Assembly (NCBI GenBank): GCA_036513075.1
Contig: DATBZS010000042.1
Span: 261-64,260, forward strand
Length of the DNA stretch: 64,000 bases
Direction: 5' to 3'
From: Acidimicrobiales bacterium
Lineage (GTDB): Bacteria > Actinomycetota > Acidimicrobiia > Acidimicrobiales > RAAP-2
Shown here: one piece after another, positions 16,405 through 25,932 of the stretch
Layout: the number at the start of each line of letters is the position of its first letter
How positions within the stretch are numbered: the stretch's first letter is position 1
Position numbers and translations under genes: made by a program
Notes under the pieces: generated by a model
Told to the model about the DNA's origin: nothing
The model's input: the letters and a program-made list of their open reading frames with translations, nothing else
Database searches by the model: none

Positions 16405-17766
16405 ATGGTGCCGTCAACTACTCTTATCGTCGTGATCACGCCCCGAATCAACCAAACACGTCGAATCGTCACCGAACTGCCCGGCCCAAAGTCGAAAGAG
16501 CTCGGTGCGCGGCGCGCGGCGGCCGTCGCCCCCGGGGTCAGCTCGGTCTTCCCTCTCTACATCGATCGCGCCGAGGGGGCGATCCTCGTCGACGTCGACG
16601 GCAACTCGTTGATCGACCTCGGGTCGGGCATCGCTGTGGTCAGCGTGGGGCACGCCGCCCCGGCCGTGGTCGAGGCCGTCCGGGACCAGATCGCCAAGTT
16701 CTCCCACACCTGCTTCATGGTCAGCCCCTACGAGCAGTACGTCGCCGTGTGCGAGGAGCTCAATGCCCGGACCCCCGGCGACCACGAGAAGCGCTCGGCG
16801 CTGTTCAACTCGGGCGCCGAGGCTGTCGAGAACGCGGTCAAGATCGCCCGCCACGTCACCGGCCGCGACGCCGTCATCGTGTTCGACCACGCGTACCACG
16901 GCCGGACCAACCTGACCATGGCCCTGACGGCCAAGAACATGCCCTACCGGCATCGCTTCGGCCCCTTCGCTCCCGAGGTGTACCGGGTGCCGATGTCCTA
17001 CCCGTTCCGCGACCCCGAGGGCATGACCGGTGCCGAGGCGGCTGCCCGGGCCATCGAGCAGATGGAGCGCCAGGTCGGCGCGACGAACGCCGGCTGCGTC
17101 CTCATTGAGCCGATCCAGGGCGAAGGCGGCTTCATCGTCCCCGCCCCCGGCTTTCTACCGGCCATCGCCGAGTGGTGTACGGCCAATGGCGTCCTGCTCA
17201 TCGCCGACGAGATCCAGACCGGGTTCTGTCGCACCGGCGAGTGGTTCGCCTGCGACCACGAGGGGGTCGTCCCCGACCTCATCACCACGGCCAAGGCCAT
17301 GGCCGGCGGCATGCCCCTGGCGGCGGTCACCGGGCGGGCCGAGCTCATGGACCAGGTGCATGTCGGCGGCCTCGGCGGGACCTACGGGGGCAATCCGGTG
17401 TCCTGCGTGGCCGCCCTCGCTTCCATCCAGACCATGGTCGACCAGGACCTCGCCGGCGCGGCGACCAAGATCGGCGCCACCATCGCCGACCGGTTCACCG
17501 CCCTGCAGCACACCCATCCCGGCATCGGCGACGTGCGCGGCCGGGGGGCGATGATGGCCATGGAGCTGGTGACGCCCGGCACCAAGGAGCCCGACGCCGA
17601 CGCCGCCAAGCGGATCGTCGCCGCCTGTCACCGCGAGGGCGTCGTCATCCTGTCGTGCGGAAGCTTCGGCAATGTACTGCGCCTGCTACCCCCGCTGGTC
17701 ATCGAGCCCGGGCTGCTCGACGACGGGCTCGGGGTCCTGGCCGACGCCATCACCGCCGAGCTGTAG
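16405..17766 (+). CDS. gabT: 4-aminobutyrate aminotransferase (class III PLP aminotransferase)
   Basis: 'ELPGPKSKEL', 'IADEIQTGFCRTGEWFA', 'TTAKAMAGGMPL' (PLP lysine) and 'GGLGGTYGGNPV' match the GabT layout. The exact start is uncertain (ATG 16405 or a downstream GTG). Confidence 0.88.
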   Translation: MVPSTTLIVVITPRINQTRRIVTELPGPKSKELGARRAAAVAPGVSSVFPLYIDRAEGAILVDVDGNSLIDLGSGIAVVSVGHAAPAVVEAVRDQIAKFSHTCFMVSPYEQYVAVCEELNARTPGDHEKRSALFNSGAEAVENAVKIARHVTGRDAVIVFDHAYHGRTNLTMALTAKNMPYRHRFGPFAPEVYRVPMSYPFRDPEGMTGAEAAARAIEQMERQVGATNAGCVLIEPIQGEGGFIVPAPGFLPAIAEWCTANGVLLIADEIQTGFCRTGEWFACDHEGVVPDLITTAKAMAGGMPLAAVTGRAELMDQVHVGGLGGTYGGNPVSCVAALASIQTMVDQDLAGAATKIGATIADRFTALQHTHPGIGDVRGRGAMMAMELVTPGTKEPDADAAKRIVAACHREGVVILSCGSFGNVLRLLPPLVIEPGLLDDGLGVLADAITAEL

Positions 17767-17819
17767 TGACGCCAGCAGGACGAGGTCCCGATCCGCACCA
17801 TGGGGTCGGCCAACTCAGG

Positions 17820-18428
17820 TCAGTGCGGCAGTTCGGGACGCCCGGACGTGCGCATCGAGTCCAGTCCGGCATCGAGCAGCGACAGCTCGTGGCCGGCGTC
17901 CTCGGTCAGGTCGCGGATCCGTTGGGCGCTGGTCTCGCCGGCCGAGGCCACCGCGGCCTGTTGGACGTCGGTGGCCGCCCGCATGACCTCCAGCACCTGG
18001 TCGCCCAATGCGGCGGGAACCCGCGCCCCGGAGTCGACCCGGAGCACCTTGTCGATGTCGACGGCCGCCGCCTGGAGGCGTCGGCACAGCGACGGAAGCT
18101 CCGCCGTCGGGCCGCCCAGCTCGTCGGTCGCCCGGACGGCGGCAGAAGCCCGGTCGACCGTGCGCCACATCTCCTTGGCCACCCTGGCCGACGTCCACTG
18201 CTGCAGCTCGGCCGAGGTCACGGCAACGCCTGACCGGTTCCAGCGGTTCGACGCGGCCACGTCCCACATGGCGGTGGCACCGATGACCGCCCCGTGTGAG
18301 CGGAAGGCCCGCAGTTTGCGGCGGCCATAGCGCCAGAGGAGGAATCCGCCGGTCACCACCACGAGGAAGGTGAATCCGGCCAGGACGACGAGCCCGAGGA
18401 GCAGGGATTCGAGGATCGAACCGATCAT
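17820..18428 (-). CDS. Hypothetical N-terminally membrane-anchored protein (202 aa)
   Basis: A TM helix 'ILESLLLGLVVLAGFTFLVVVTGGFLLW' is followed by an Ala/Arg/Asp-rich helical region. The composition looks protein-like, whereas the overlapping plus-strand ORFs are Ser/Arg-rich nonsense. No family recognised. Confidence 0.5.
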   Translation of the reverse strand: MIGSILESLLLGLVVLAGFTFLVVVTGGFLLWRYGRRKLRAFRSHGAVIGATAMWDVAASNRWNRSGVAVTSAELQQWTSARVAKEMWRTVDRASAAVRATDELGGPTAELPSLCRRLQAAAVDIDKVLRVDSGARVPAALGDQVLEVMRAATDVQQAAVASAGETSAQRIRDLTEDAGHELSLLDAGLDSMRTSGRPELPH

Positions 18429-18513
18429 CGCTCCATCCTACGGCGGGTCCGGTCCGTCCGGACGTCCCCCTGTCTCGACCCGCGCCGCCAGGCCGGCTTC
18501 GTGGGCGCCGCAG

Positions 18514-19302
18514 TCAGGCACCCGGCTCGAGCATCAGCTCGCTGATCCGGTCGAGCGACGCGGCCGGTACACCGGCCTCCACTGCCCACGACCGGGCCCC
18601 GCCGTAGCGAGTCTGCAGCTGGTCGAGAAAACCTTCCATCGTCGCTGCCTCGACGCTGAACCGGGAGGCCGGCACCTTGGCCATGCGCTCGGCGAACTCG
18701 GCATCGGCCTCCTCCCACCGCTTCAGGATGAAGCGGAGCCGCTCCGCCGTGATCACATAGTCGGCCACGATCACCTCGCGCTCGACACCGAGGATCTCGA
18801 GGATCAGGGCAGCGAGCACGCCCGTTCGGTCCTTGCCAGCGGCGCAATGGAAGACCAGGGGGTAGTGCTCGTCGCCGCCCAGCAGGGTCAGGGCGGCAAC
18901 CAGCGAGTCCCGTCCGACGTCGAGGTACCAGAGGTAGCGCTCGGCCAGGTCGTCGCCCGCGGGGGCGGGAGCGGCCACGGACTCGCCCTCCGCGGCACGG
19001 TCGGACGTGCCGTCGCCCCGGACGCCCTCTTTCACGACGGCGAGGTGGTGGAAGACGATCCCCTCGGGCTCGAGTGGGCCCCGACCGGTGCGGTCCAGCT
19101 CACGCTCGGTGCGGAGGTCGACCACCGTCCGAAGGCCCAGGGCACGCAGGCGTCCGACGTCCTCGGTGGTCAGTTCGTGCAGGGCATCGGCCCGGTACAG
19201 GCGCCCCCACCGGGTGGTCCGTCCGCCGCGTCCCCGATAGCCGCCCAGGTCACGGAAATTGAAGGAACCCTCGAGGGTGACCAGGCGTGCTTCGGTGTCC
19301 AT
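18514..19302 (-). CDS. Protein-tyrosine phosphatase (Y_phosphatase3-like)
   Basis: Track ORF 18514..19722 trimmed to the ATG at 19300-19302 ('MDTEARLVTLEGSFNFRDLGG'). The CX5R P-loop is 'HCAAGKDRTG'. Confidence 0.85.
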   Translation of the reverse strand: MDTEARLVTLEGSFNFRDLGGYRGRGGRTTRWGRLYRADALHELTTEDVGRLRALGLRTVVDLRTERELDRTGRGPLEPEGIVFHHLAVVKEGVRGDGTSDRAAEGESVAAPAPAGDDLAERYLWYLDVGRDSLVAALTLLGGDEHYPLVFHCAAGKDRTGVLAALILEILGVEREVIVADYVITAERLRFILKRWEEADAEFAERMAKVPASRFSVEAATMEGFLDQLQTRYGGARSWAVEAGVPAASLDRISELMLEPGA

Positions 19303-19483
19303 CGGACCATCTTTGCCGCTCGGTGGACCAGGGTGTTCCGAGTGGGGTGTCTCCATGAGGGAGACTGTGGGAGCGATCCGTCGGACGGTCCGCCCGGGAA
19401 CCCCGGTGTGGCCACCGCCTTCCCCCGGGCGGCCGCCGGTGACCCCCAGTCCGACCCCCACCGCCGAACAGGAGTCACCCCTG

Positions 19484-21700
19484 ATGAAGTCCCTCGCAAC
19501 CTGGTGCGTCCGACACCGCCGCGTCGTCGTGCTGCTCTGGATCGCCGCGCTCGTCGGCATGACGCTTCTCTCCCAGGGCGTCGGTACTGCGTACAACAAC
19601 AACTTCCAGCTGCCCCACACCGAGTCGACCCAGGCCCTCGACCTTCTCCAGGCCGCCGCGCCCAAGCAGTCGGGAGACCAGGAGCGCATCGTCTTCCACA
19701 CCACGGACGGCTCGAAGGTCACCGATCAGCAAGTCCAGGCAACCGTCGAACAGATGCTGGCCGAGGTTGCGAAGCTGCCCCACGTCACCGCAATACAGAG
19801 TCCTTACTCCGCGCTCGGCGCCCATCAGATCAGTGCCGACGGACAGACGGCGTTCGCTACGGTCACCTTCGATGTCCTGAGCCAGGGTGAGAGCGCGACC
19901 CAGTCCAAGGCCTTCGTCAACGCCGCGCTCACCGCACAGGGCCCTCATCTGCAGGTGGCCGTCTCCGGCCTCATCGCCGAGCAGGCCGACCGGCAATCCA
20001 TCGGCGGAACCGGACTCGGTGTGCTCCTCGCCGCCGTCGTGCTGCTGATCGTCTTCGGCTCGATCTTCGCCATGGCACTTCCGCTGCTGTCTGCCCTGGC
20101 CTCGCTAGGCACCGCCATCGGCGTGATCGGGCTGCTCAGCCACGTCATGAAGATGCCGGTGTTCTCGTCGGAGCTGGTCCTGCTGATCGGCCTCGGCGTG
20201 GGCGTCGACTACGCCCTATTCATCGTCACCCGGCACCGACAGGGACTCATTGCCGGCCAGGACATCGAGTCGTCCATCATCAACGCGGTCAATACGTCCG
20301 GCCGGGCCGTGCTGTTCGCCGGGATCATCGTGTGCATCGCCCTGCTCGGCATGTTCGCCCTCGGCGTCTCGTTCCTCTACGGCCTCGCCACCGCCGCGGC
20401 CATCGGTGTGCTGTTCACCATGATCGCCGCTCTCACCCTGCTACCCGCCCTGCTCGGTTTCATCGGACCGAAGGTGCTCAGTGGCAAGCAGAAGAAGAGC
20501 TTGGCTGCCAACGGACCCCGGATCGTCGGCGCCGACACCAAGGGCTTCTGGCCCAAGTGGGCGGACTTCATCCAGGGCCGGCCCATCGTCCCCGCCGTCA
20601 TCGCCCTGATCATCGTGGCCATCATCGCCGCGCCGTTCTTCAGCCTGCGTCTCGGCACGTCAGACCAGGGCAACGATCCGACGGGAACGACCACCCGGCA
20701 GGCCTACGACCTGCTGTCGTCAGGCTTCGGTCCGGGCTTCAACGGACCGCTGCAGCTGGTGGCCGTCGAAAAGGGCCAGATCGACACCCAGACCCTCGAC
20801 ACGCTGGCCGCCGACGTCCCCCGCCAGCCCGGAGTGGCCACTGTCGTGCCGCCCATCGTGTTGCCGGTCCACAATGGCGAGCAGGTGGCGCTGGTCAACG
20901 TCTACCCGACGACATCGCCCCAATCGTCGGGAACCAACGCATTGATCAACCACCTCCGACAATCGACCATCCCGGAGTCGACGGCGGGCACGGGCATCAC
21001 CGTCTATGTCGGCGGCACGACGGCGATCTTCGCCGACTTCGCCAAGGTCCTGTCCTCCAAACTGCCCCTCTTCATCGGACTGGTGGTCCTGCTGTCGTTC
21101 CTCCTCCTGGTCATCGTGTTCCGGAGCCTGGTCATTCCCCTGACGGCGGCGATCATGAACCTGCTGTCGATCGCTGCCGCCTTCGGCATCATGGTGGCGG
21201 TGTTCCAGTGGGGCTGGGGCAACTCGGTCATACCGGTGGGCAACACCGGGCCGATCGACGCCTTCCTGCCCGTGATGATGTTCGCCATCCTCTTCGGTCT
21301 GTCCATGGACTACGAGGTGTTCCTCATCACCCGAATCCAAGAGGAACACGCCAAGTGCGGGGACAACCGGACGGCGGTCCGCAATGGCCTGGCCGCCACC
21401 GGAAAGACCATCACCGCGGCCGCCCTGATCATGATCCTGGTCTTCGGCGCCTTCATCCTCGGTGGCATCCGGGTGATCAAGGAGTTCGGCCTGGGCCTGG
21501 CCGGTGGGATCCTCATCGACGCGGTGATCATCCGCATGGCCGTCGTCCCGTCGGTCATGATCCTGCTCGGCGAGTCGAATTGGTGGTTCCCGAAGTGGCT
21601 GGAGTGGGTGCCCCACGTGATCGTGGATCCCGACCTCCCCATGGACCCCGTGCCGCCGACCCTCCCGGGCACACCCGAGGACGAGCCGGTCCCGGTCTGA
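19484..21700 (+). CDS. MMPL-family (RND-type) membrane transporter
   Basis: Track ORF 19259..21700 trimmed to ATG 19484 ('MKSLATWCVRHRRVVVLLWIAAL', GGAG upstream). The protein has two homologous halves, each with a TM bundle ('VDYALFIVTRHRQ' / 'MDYEVFLITRIQEE'). Confidence 0.9.
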   Translation: MKSLATWCVRHRRVVVLLWIAALVGMTLLSQGVGTAYNNNFQLPHTESTQALDLLQAAAPKQSGDQERIVFHTTDGSKVTDQQVQATVEQMLAEVAKLPHVTAIQSPYSALGAHQISADGQTAFATVTFDVLSQGESATQSKAFVNAALTAQGPHLQVAVSGLIAEQADRQSIGGTGLGVLLAAVVLLIVFGSIFAMALPLLSALASLGTAIGVIGLLSHVMKMPVFSSELVLLIGLGVGVDYALFIVTRHRQGLIAGQDIESSIINAVNTSGRAVLFAGIIVCIALLGMFALGVSFLYGLATAAAIGVLFTMIAALTLLPALLGFIGPKVLSGKQKKSLAANGPRIVGADTKGFWPKWADFIQGRPIVPAVIALIIVAIIAAPFFSLRLGTSDQGNDPTGTTTRQAYDLLSSGFGPGFNGPLQLVAVEKGQIDTQTLDTLAADVPRQPGVATVVPPIVLPVHNGEQVALVNVYPTTSPQSSGTNALINHLRQSTIPESTAGTGITVYVGGTTAIFADFAKVLSSKLPLFIGLVVLLSFLLLVIVFRSLVIPLTAAIMNLLSIAAAFGIMVAVFQWGWGNSVIPVGNTGPIDAFLPVMMFAILFGLSMDYEVFLITRIQEEHAKCGDNRTAVRNGLAATGKTITAAALIMILVFGAFILGGIRVIKEFGLGLAGGILIDAVIIRMAVVPSVMILLGESNWWFPKWLEWVPHVIVDPDLPMDPVPPTLPGTPEDEPVPV

Positions 21701-21809
21701 CCCGATCCGCCACCCGGGTTGACCCTGGGGTTCCGGGGCACCGGGACATCGCCCGGACCCCGGTGTAGGTTCGCGACAGGCAACTACTGCACCCCAGGGG
21801 GATCCCACC

Positions 21810-23255
21810 ATGTCCGACTTCGTCATGACCATCGGGGGCGACTCCGTTCCCGCCTCAGACTCGTTCGGGGTCATCAACCCGGCCAACGGCGAGGTCTTCG
21901 CCCACGCGCCCGAGTGCACCCGGGACCAGCTCGATGCGGCCTTCGACTCAGCCGCCAAGGCCCAGCGCGACTGGAAGCTCGACGAGGCGGCCCGTCGCAA
22001 GACCGTCCTCGATATGGCCGATGTTCTCTTCGCCTCGGCGGAGGAGTTGGCACCGATCCTGACCGCCGAGCAGGGTAAGCCCCTCGCCGAAGCCACCATG
22101 GAGATCTTCGCATCGGGGATGTGGTGCCAGTACTTCGCCAATCTCGAGACACCACCCCAGGTGATCCAGGACGACGAGGCGGCCTATGTCGAGGTGGTTC
22201 GCCGGCCCATCGGTGTAGTGGCCGCCATCACCCCGTGGAACTTCCCGGTCCTGCTCGGCTTCTGGAAGATCGCCCCGGCCCTGGTGGCCGGCAACACACT
22301 GGTCCTCAAGCCGTCGCCCTTCACCCCGCTCTCGACCCTGAAAGCTGTGGAGCTGCTGCGCGATGTGCTGCCCCCCGGCGTCATCAACGTGGTGAGCGGC
22401 GGCGACGAGCTCGGTGCGTGGATGACCAGCCACCCAGTCCCCCGCAAGGTGAGTTTCACCGGGTCGATCGCCACGGGCAAGAAAGTGGCCATGTCCGCCG
22501 CCCCCGACCTCAAGCGCGTCACCCTCGAACTCGGTGGCAACGACCCGGCCATCGTGCTCGACGACGCCGATCCGGCCATGGTCAGCAGGGCCATCTTCGC
22601 GGCGGCATTCGCCAACAACGGCCAGGTCTGCTCCGCCATCAAGCGTGTCTACGTGCCCGAGTCCCTGTACGCCGACGTTCTCGACGGGCTGACCGCGGAG
22701 GCGGCGGCGGTCAAGGTCGGTGACGGCACCGAGGCCGACTCCAAGCTCGGCCCCATCAACAACGCCCCGCAGTTCGAGCGGGTCAAGGACCTGGTGGCCG
22801 ACGCGCTCTCCCATGGAGCGAAGGCCACGACGGGAGGTGCCGCTCGTGACGGTTCGGGCTATTTCTTCGAGCCGACGATCCTGACCGACATCAGCGACGG
22901 CACCCGGATCGTCGACGAGGAGCAGTTCGGTCCCGCCCTTCCGGTGATCCCGTACCGCAACCTGGACGAGGTCGTCGAGCGGGCCAACGCCACCCACTTC
23001 GGCCTGTCCGGCTCCGTGTGGGGCGCCGACGCCGACCGGGCCACTGCGGTGGCCGGCCAACTGGAGTGCGGCACCGCCTGGGTCAACACCCACCTCGCCC
23101 TCGGCCCCTCACAGCCCTTCGGCGGATTCAAGTGGAGTGGCATCGGGATCGAAAACGGGCCCTGGGGCCTGGCCGAGTTCAGCGAGATCCAGGCCGTGCA
23201 CCGTTCCCGGACGGCCGACGGCATGAATATGGGCACGGCCGGGATCTACTCGTAG
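21810..23255 (+). CDS. NAD(P)-dependent aldehyde dehydrogenase
   Basis: 'FTGSIATGKKV', 'ELGGNDP' and the catalytic-Cys block 'GQVCSAIKRVYV' are present. 481 aa, the usual size. Confidence 0.9.
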   Translation: MSDFVMTIGGDSVPASDSFGVINPANGEVFAHAPECTRDQLDAAFDSAAKAQRDWKLDEAARRKTVLDMADVLFASAEELAPILTAEQGKPLAEATMEIFASGMWCQYFANLETPPQVIQDDEAAYVEVVRRPIGVVAAITPWNFPVLLGFWKIAPALVAGNTLVLKPSPFTPLSTLKAVELLRDVLPPGVINVVSGGDELGAWMTSHPVPRKVSFTGSIATGKKVAMSAAPDLKRVTLELGGNDPAIVLDDADPAMVSRAIFAAAFANNGQVCSAIKRVYVPESLYADVLDGLTAEAAAVKVGDGTEADSKLGPINNAPQFERVKDLVADALSHGAKATTGGAARDGSGYFFEPTILTDISDGTRIVDEEQFGPALPVIPYRNLDEVVERANATHFGLSGSVWGADADRATAVAGQLECGTAWVNTHLALGPSQPFGGFKWSGIGIENGPWGLAEFSEIQAVHRSRTADGMNMGTAGIYS

Positions 23256-23410
23256 GGAGGGGCAGCGGCCGCCGGTCCGCACCGCTCCTGGCCATTGCGT
23301 TCACCCTCATGGCCACCGGCCTCGTCGGCTGCTCGTCGGGCGCGTCGTCCGCCCCCCACCACATGCTGAATTTCTTCAGGGCCCACCCCGCGCCGCTGCG
23401 ATGAGCCGGG

Positions 23411-24442
23411 TCAGCTTCCCGAAGACGAGCCGAGGACTCTGGATGCTACCTGGGTGAACTGCTGGAACGACACCACCTGGTCGGCCGGTGGGGCGGTGAC
23501 GGTAACCGGGACACCGAAGTTCGACATGTCCTCGATGGCGTTGCCCGTCACGGTCTGTCCGGCGATGGTGATGTTCAGGTCCGTGGCGATGCGACGCAGC
23601 ATGCCGGTGGCCGGGTCGACGAAGACGTCCATGCTGGCGCCGCTCGGGCCGAACAGGTTCTGCGCCGCACTACTCGAGCCGACCAGGGCCGACGCTTCGC
23701 TCAGATGCTTCTGCATGGCGGCTTCACTGATGACGACGTGGTAGCCGTCCACCGGAGAGCCGTTGACCTGGGATGCACCCAGGGGCGTAACCTGGTCGCC
23801 CTGGGACCGGAGTATCTGGAACATCGTCACCGGGTTGGAGGCGCCCGGGGCAATGGACACTCCTGTCGTCGGGAGTGCGATCCACGACTTGCCCGGGACG
23901 ATGTCGCTGAGATCGGACATCGACAGATAGCCGGATCCCCCGACGTAGAGCTCGGCCATGGTGATGCCGGCCAATTTCGGCTGGCCCTGGTAGCCAACGG
24001 AGATCCGAGCGGCGTTGTTGGTGAAGTCCATCGCACCGTCGCCCGTCGCCGTGATCTGCCCCTTACCCGGCACGTTGATCAGGATCGTCAGGTGGACGTC
24101 CGCCGTCTTGGCCCCGAGCGTCGAGTCGATGGAGGTCAGCACCACCTTGGTCGGCGACCCCGACGTGACGGTAGGCGAGGTTGCGTGGGATCCGGTCGCA
24201 ACGACCACCGCGATGCCCACGGCGACGATGAGCACCACAGCCACCGCCGCGACCACCCACCCCGTTCGGCGCCTCTCCGGTCCGGGCAACGGCGTCGAGT
24301 ACAGGGAGACAGGCACTCCGGGCGGCGTCGGCGCTCCTGTCGGGCTCCCGTCCCTCGCCGCGCCCGCCGGATGGTCAGCACCAACAGATTCCGGCAGTCC
24401 GATTCGTGCCTCCGACTCGGGGAACTGAACGTCGTCGTCCAT
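23411..24442 (-). CDS. Hypothetical single-pass membrane protein with extracytoplasmic domain
   Basis: Track ORF trimmed to the ATG at 24440-24442 ('MDDDVQFPESEA'). A Pro-rich cytoplasmic head is followed by the TM helix 'WVVAAVAVVLIVAVGIAVVVA'. A ~260-aa beta-rich domain follows. No family recognised. Confidence 0.6.
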   Translation of the reverse strand: MDDDVQFPESEARIGLPESVGADHPAGAARDGSPTGAPTPPGVPVSLYSTPLPGPERRRTGWVVAAVAVVLIVAVGIAVVVATGSHATSPTVTSGSPTKVVLTSIDSTLGAKTADVHLTILINVPGKGQITATGDGAMDFTNNAARISVGYQGQPKLAGITMAELYVGGSGYLSMSDLSDIVPGKSWIALPTTGVSIAPGASNPVTMFQILRSQGDQVTPLGASQVNGSPVDGYHVVISEAAMQKHLSEASALVGSSSAAQNLFGPSGASMDVFVDPATGMLRRIATDLNITIAGQTVTGNAIEDMSNFGVPVTVTAPPADQVVSFQQFTQVASRVLGSSSGS

Positions 24443-24844
24443 CGTCCACCTCCTCTGTCGACTCAAGGTACTGCCCAGCCGTGCCGGTCGGCCACGACCT
24501 CGGAGCACGACGCGCAACCGGTGGTGCACAGATCGCGAGCTCGACGATGACCCCGGCGCAGGATGGATGACCTACGTTGCCGGCGCCCGGCGGGCCATCG
24601 GGGGTCAGCAGGCTGTGTCGCTCGGCTGGTGGAGCATTCGATCGGCCAACCAACTCCCACACCTCGTGGGGAACCAACTCGGACAGCCGCTCGTCGGTCC
24701 CGGACCATTGCACCCCGGCCGGCCTCACTTCCCCTCAGCACGGGCCATCATGCCGACGTTCCAACGGCCGATTCCGGCACGTTGCGCGCTGCGTTCGGCC
24801 CTGAGAACGACAGCCGGGGAGGCAGATGCTCTTATGCTCTGCCC

Positions 24845-25780
24845 ATGTGGGCGGCGGCAGGTTTGATTTCGGGCCTCATCCTGCTACTGGTGGCGGTCTG
24901 CTTTCTGGTCATCGTCATCCACGAGTTCGGCCATGCAGTAGCGGCCAGAGTGACCGGAACCCGAGTCCTGTCCATCAAGATTGGTAGCTCCATTCGACTC
25001 GTGACGATGAGGATCCGTGGAGTGCCCCTAACGCTGCACGCGCTGCCATTGAGGGGGCTGACACGTGTGAATCTGCCTTCGACCCGTACCCGGTATGTTG
25101 TCCTCACTCTGGGTGGCCCTGTCGCCAATGCTGCAATGGCCCTGATGTGCTTGGTGCTGGCCGCCTGGCTCGGACCGGTGTTCTTGGTGTTGGGCGTTGG
25201 TAATGCCCTGGGGGTGGCCAGTCTGCTACCCGTTCCTCCACATACGCCAAAACATGTCGGCTCGGATGGTTGGGTCCTGTGCGGACTCGTATTCAGAAGA
25301 GACAGCTATCGCGAGCGGGTCGATGCTGCCGCGAAGTCGCGTCGTCTGCCAATCACTCTGCAAGTGGAGCCGCCCGGCGAGCAAGCATCGGCCACGAATC
25401 CTGCCAGTGTGCTCGCCCTGGACTTGGCACTCCGCCATGACACCGCATCAGTGATTGCCGACTCCGAGCTCTGGGCGGAAAGGGCGGTCAGCCTTGACCC
25501 CGAAGACGTTGTCGCTCAAAACGCGCTAGCACTTGTCAGAATTCGACAGAATCGGGTCGAGGAAGGTGAAGCACGTGTGCGCACTCTGTTGCGTGCCCTC
25601 CCCGACAACGCGGAACTTCGAATCCGGTCCCAGTGCGAACTGACCCTGGCTCTTGCGCTGTGCCGCCTTGGCGATCAGCGTGGCGCGAAAGAGTTGACTG
25701 AATGGGCACGTGTGCATATTCCGAGGTACCCGCTTGTGGCAGAACTCCAAGAACTGCTGGAGACGAGCCAAGAGAGTTAG
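24845..25780 (+). CDS. M50 (site-2 protease)-like membrane metallopeptidase fused to a TPR-like helical C-terminal domain
   Basis: Track ORF 24563..25780 trimmed to ATG 24845 ('MWAAAGLISGLILLL'). 'HEFGH' lies in a TM helix. 'LLPVPP...GSDGW' resembles the second M50 motif. The C-terminal ~130 aa look like TPR-type helical repeats ('AERAVSLDPEDVVAQNALALVRIRQNRVEEGEA'). Many codons end in A/T, unlike neighbouring genes. Confidence 0.65.
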   Translation: MWAAAGLISGLILLLVAVCFLVIVIHEFGHAVAARVTGTRVLSIKIGSSIRLVTMRIRGVPLTLHALPLRGLTRVNLPSTRTRYVVLTLGGPVANAAMALMCLVLAAWLGPVFLVLGVGNALGVASLLPVPPHTPKHVGSDGWVLCGLVFRRDSYRERVDAAAKSRRLPITLQVEPPGEQASATNPASVLALDLALRHDTASVIADSELWAERAVSLDPEDVVAQNALALVRIRQNRVEEGEARVRTLLRALPDNAELRIRSQCELTLALALCRLGDQRGAKELTEWARVHIPRYPLVAELQELLETSQES

Positions 25781-25932
25781 GGCGCGTTCCGCACGAGGAT
25801 AGGAGACGCCAAGTACCGCATGGGCCTCAGGGGACCGAGGACAGCGCTATCCGAGAACGTTGTACTCGATCGCAACGCCCGGCAACGGGTCGGACCATCG
25901 GCAGGACAGGTCAATCGTTGCCGGAGACGGCG

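Noticed and set aside
20720-22141. 473-aa minus-strand ORF overlapping the MMPL and aldehyde dehydrogenase genes
   Set aside because: The composition is dominated by R/G/D/H/E with no recognisable motifs, and it is antisense to two genes with clear family signatures. This is a typical long antisense ORF of GC-rich DNA.
23256-23404. Lipoprotein-type signal peptide 'RRSAPLLAIAFTLMATGLVGCSSG' encoded just after the aldehyde dehydrogenase stop
   Set aside because: Between the in-frame upstream sequence and the lipobox there is no ATG, GTG or TTG. The only ATG gives 'MATGLVGC', too short for a signal peptide. The ORF also ends 27 codons after the Cys. It is possibly a gene stump, but cannot be supported as a gene.
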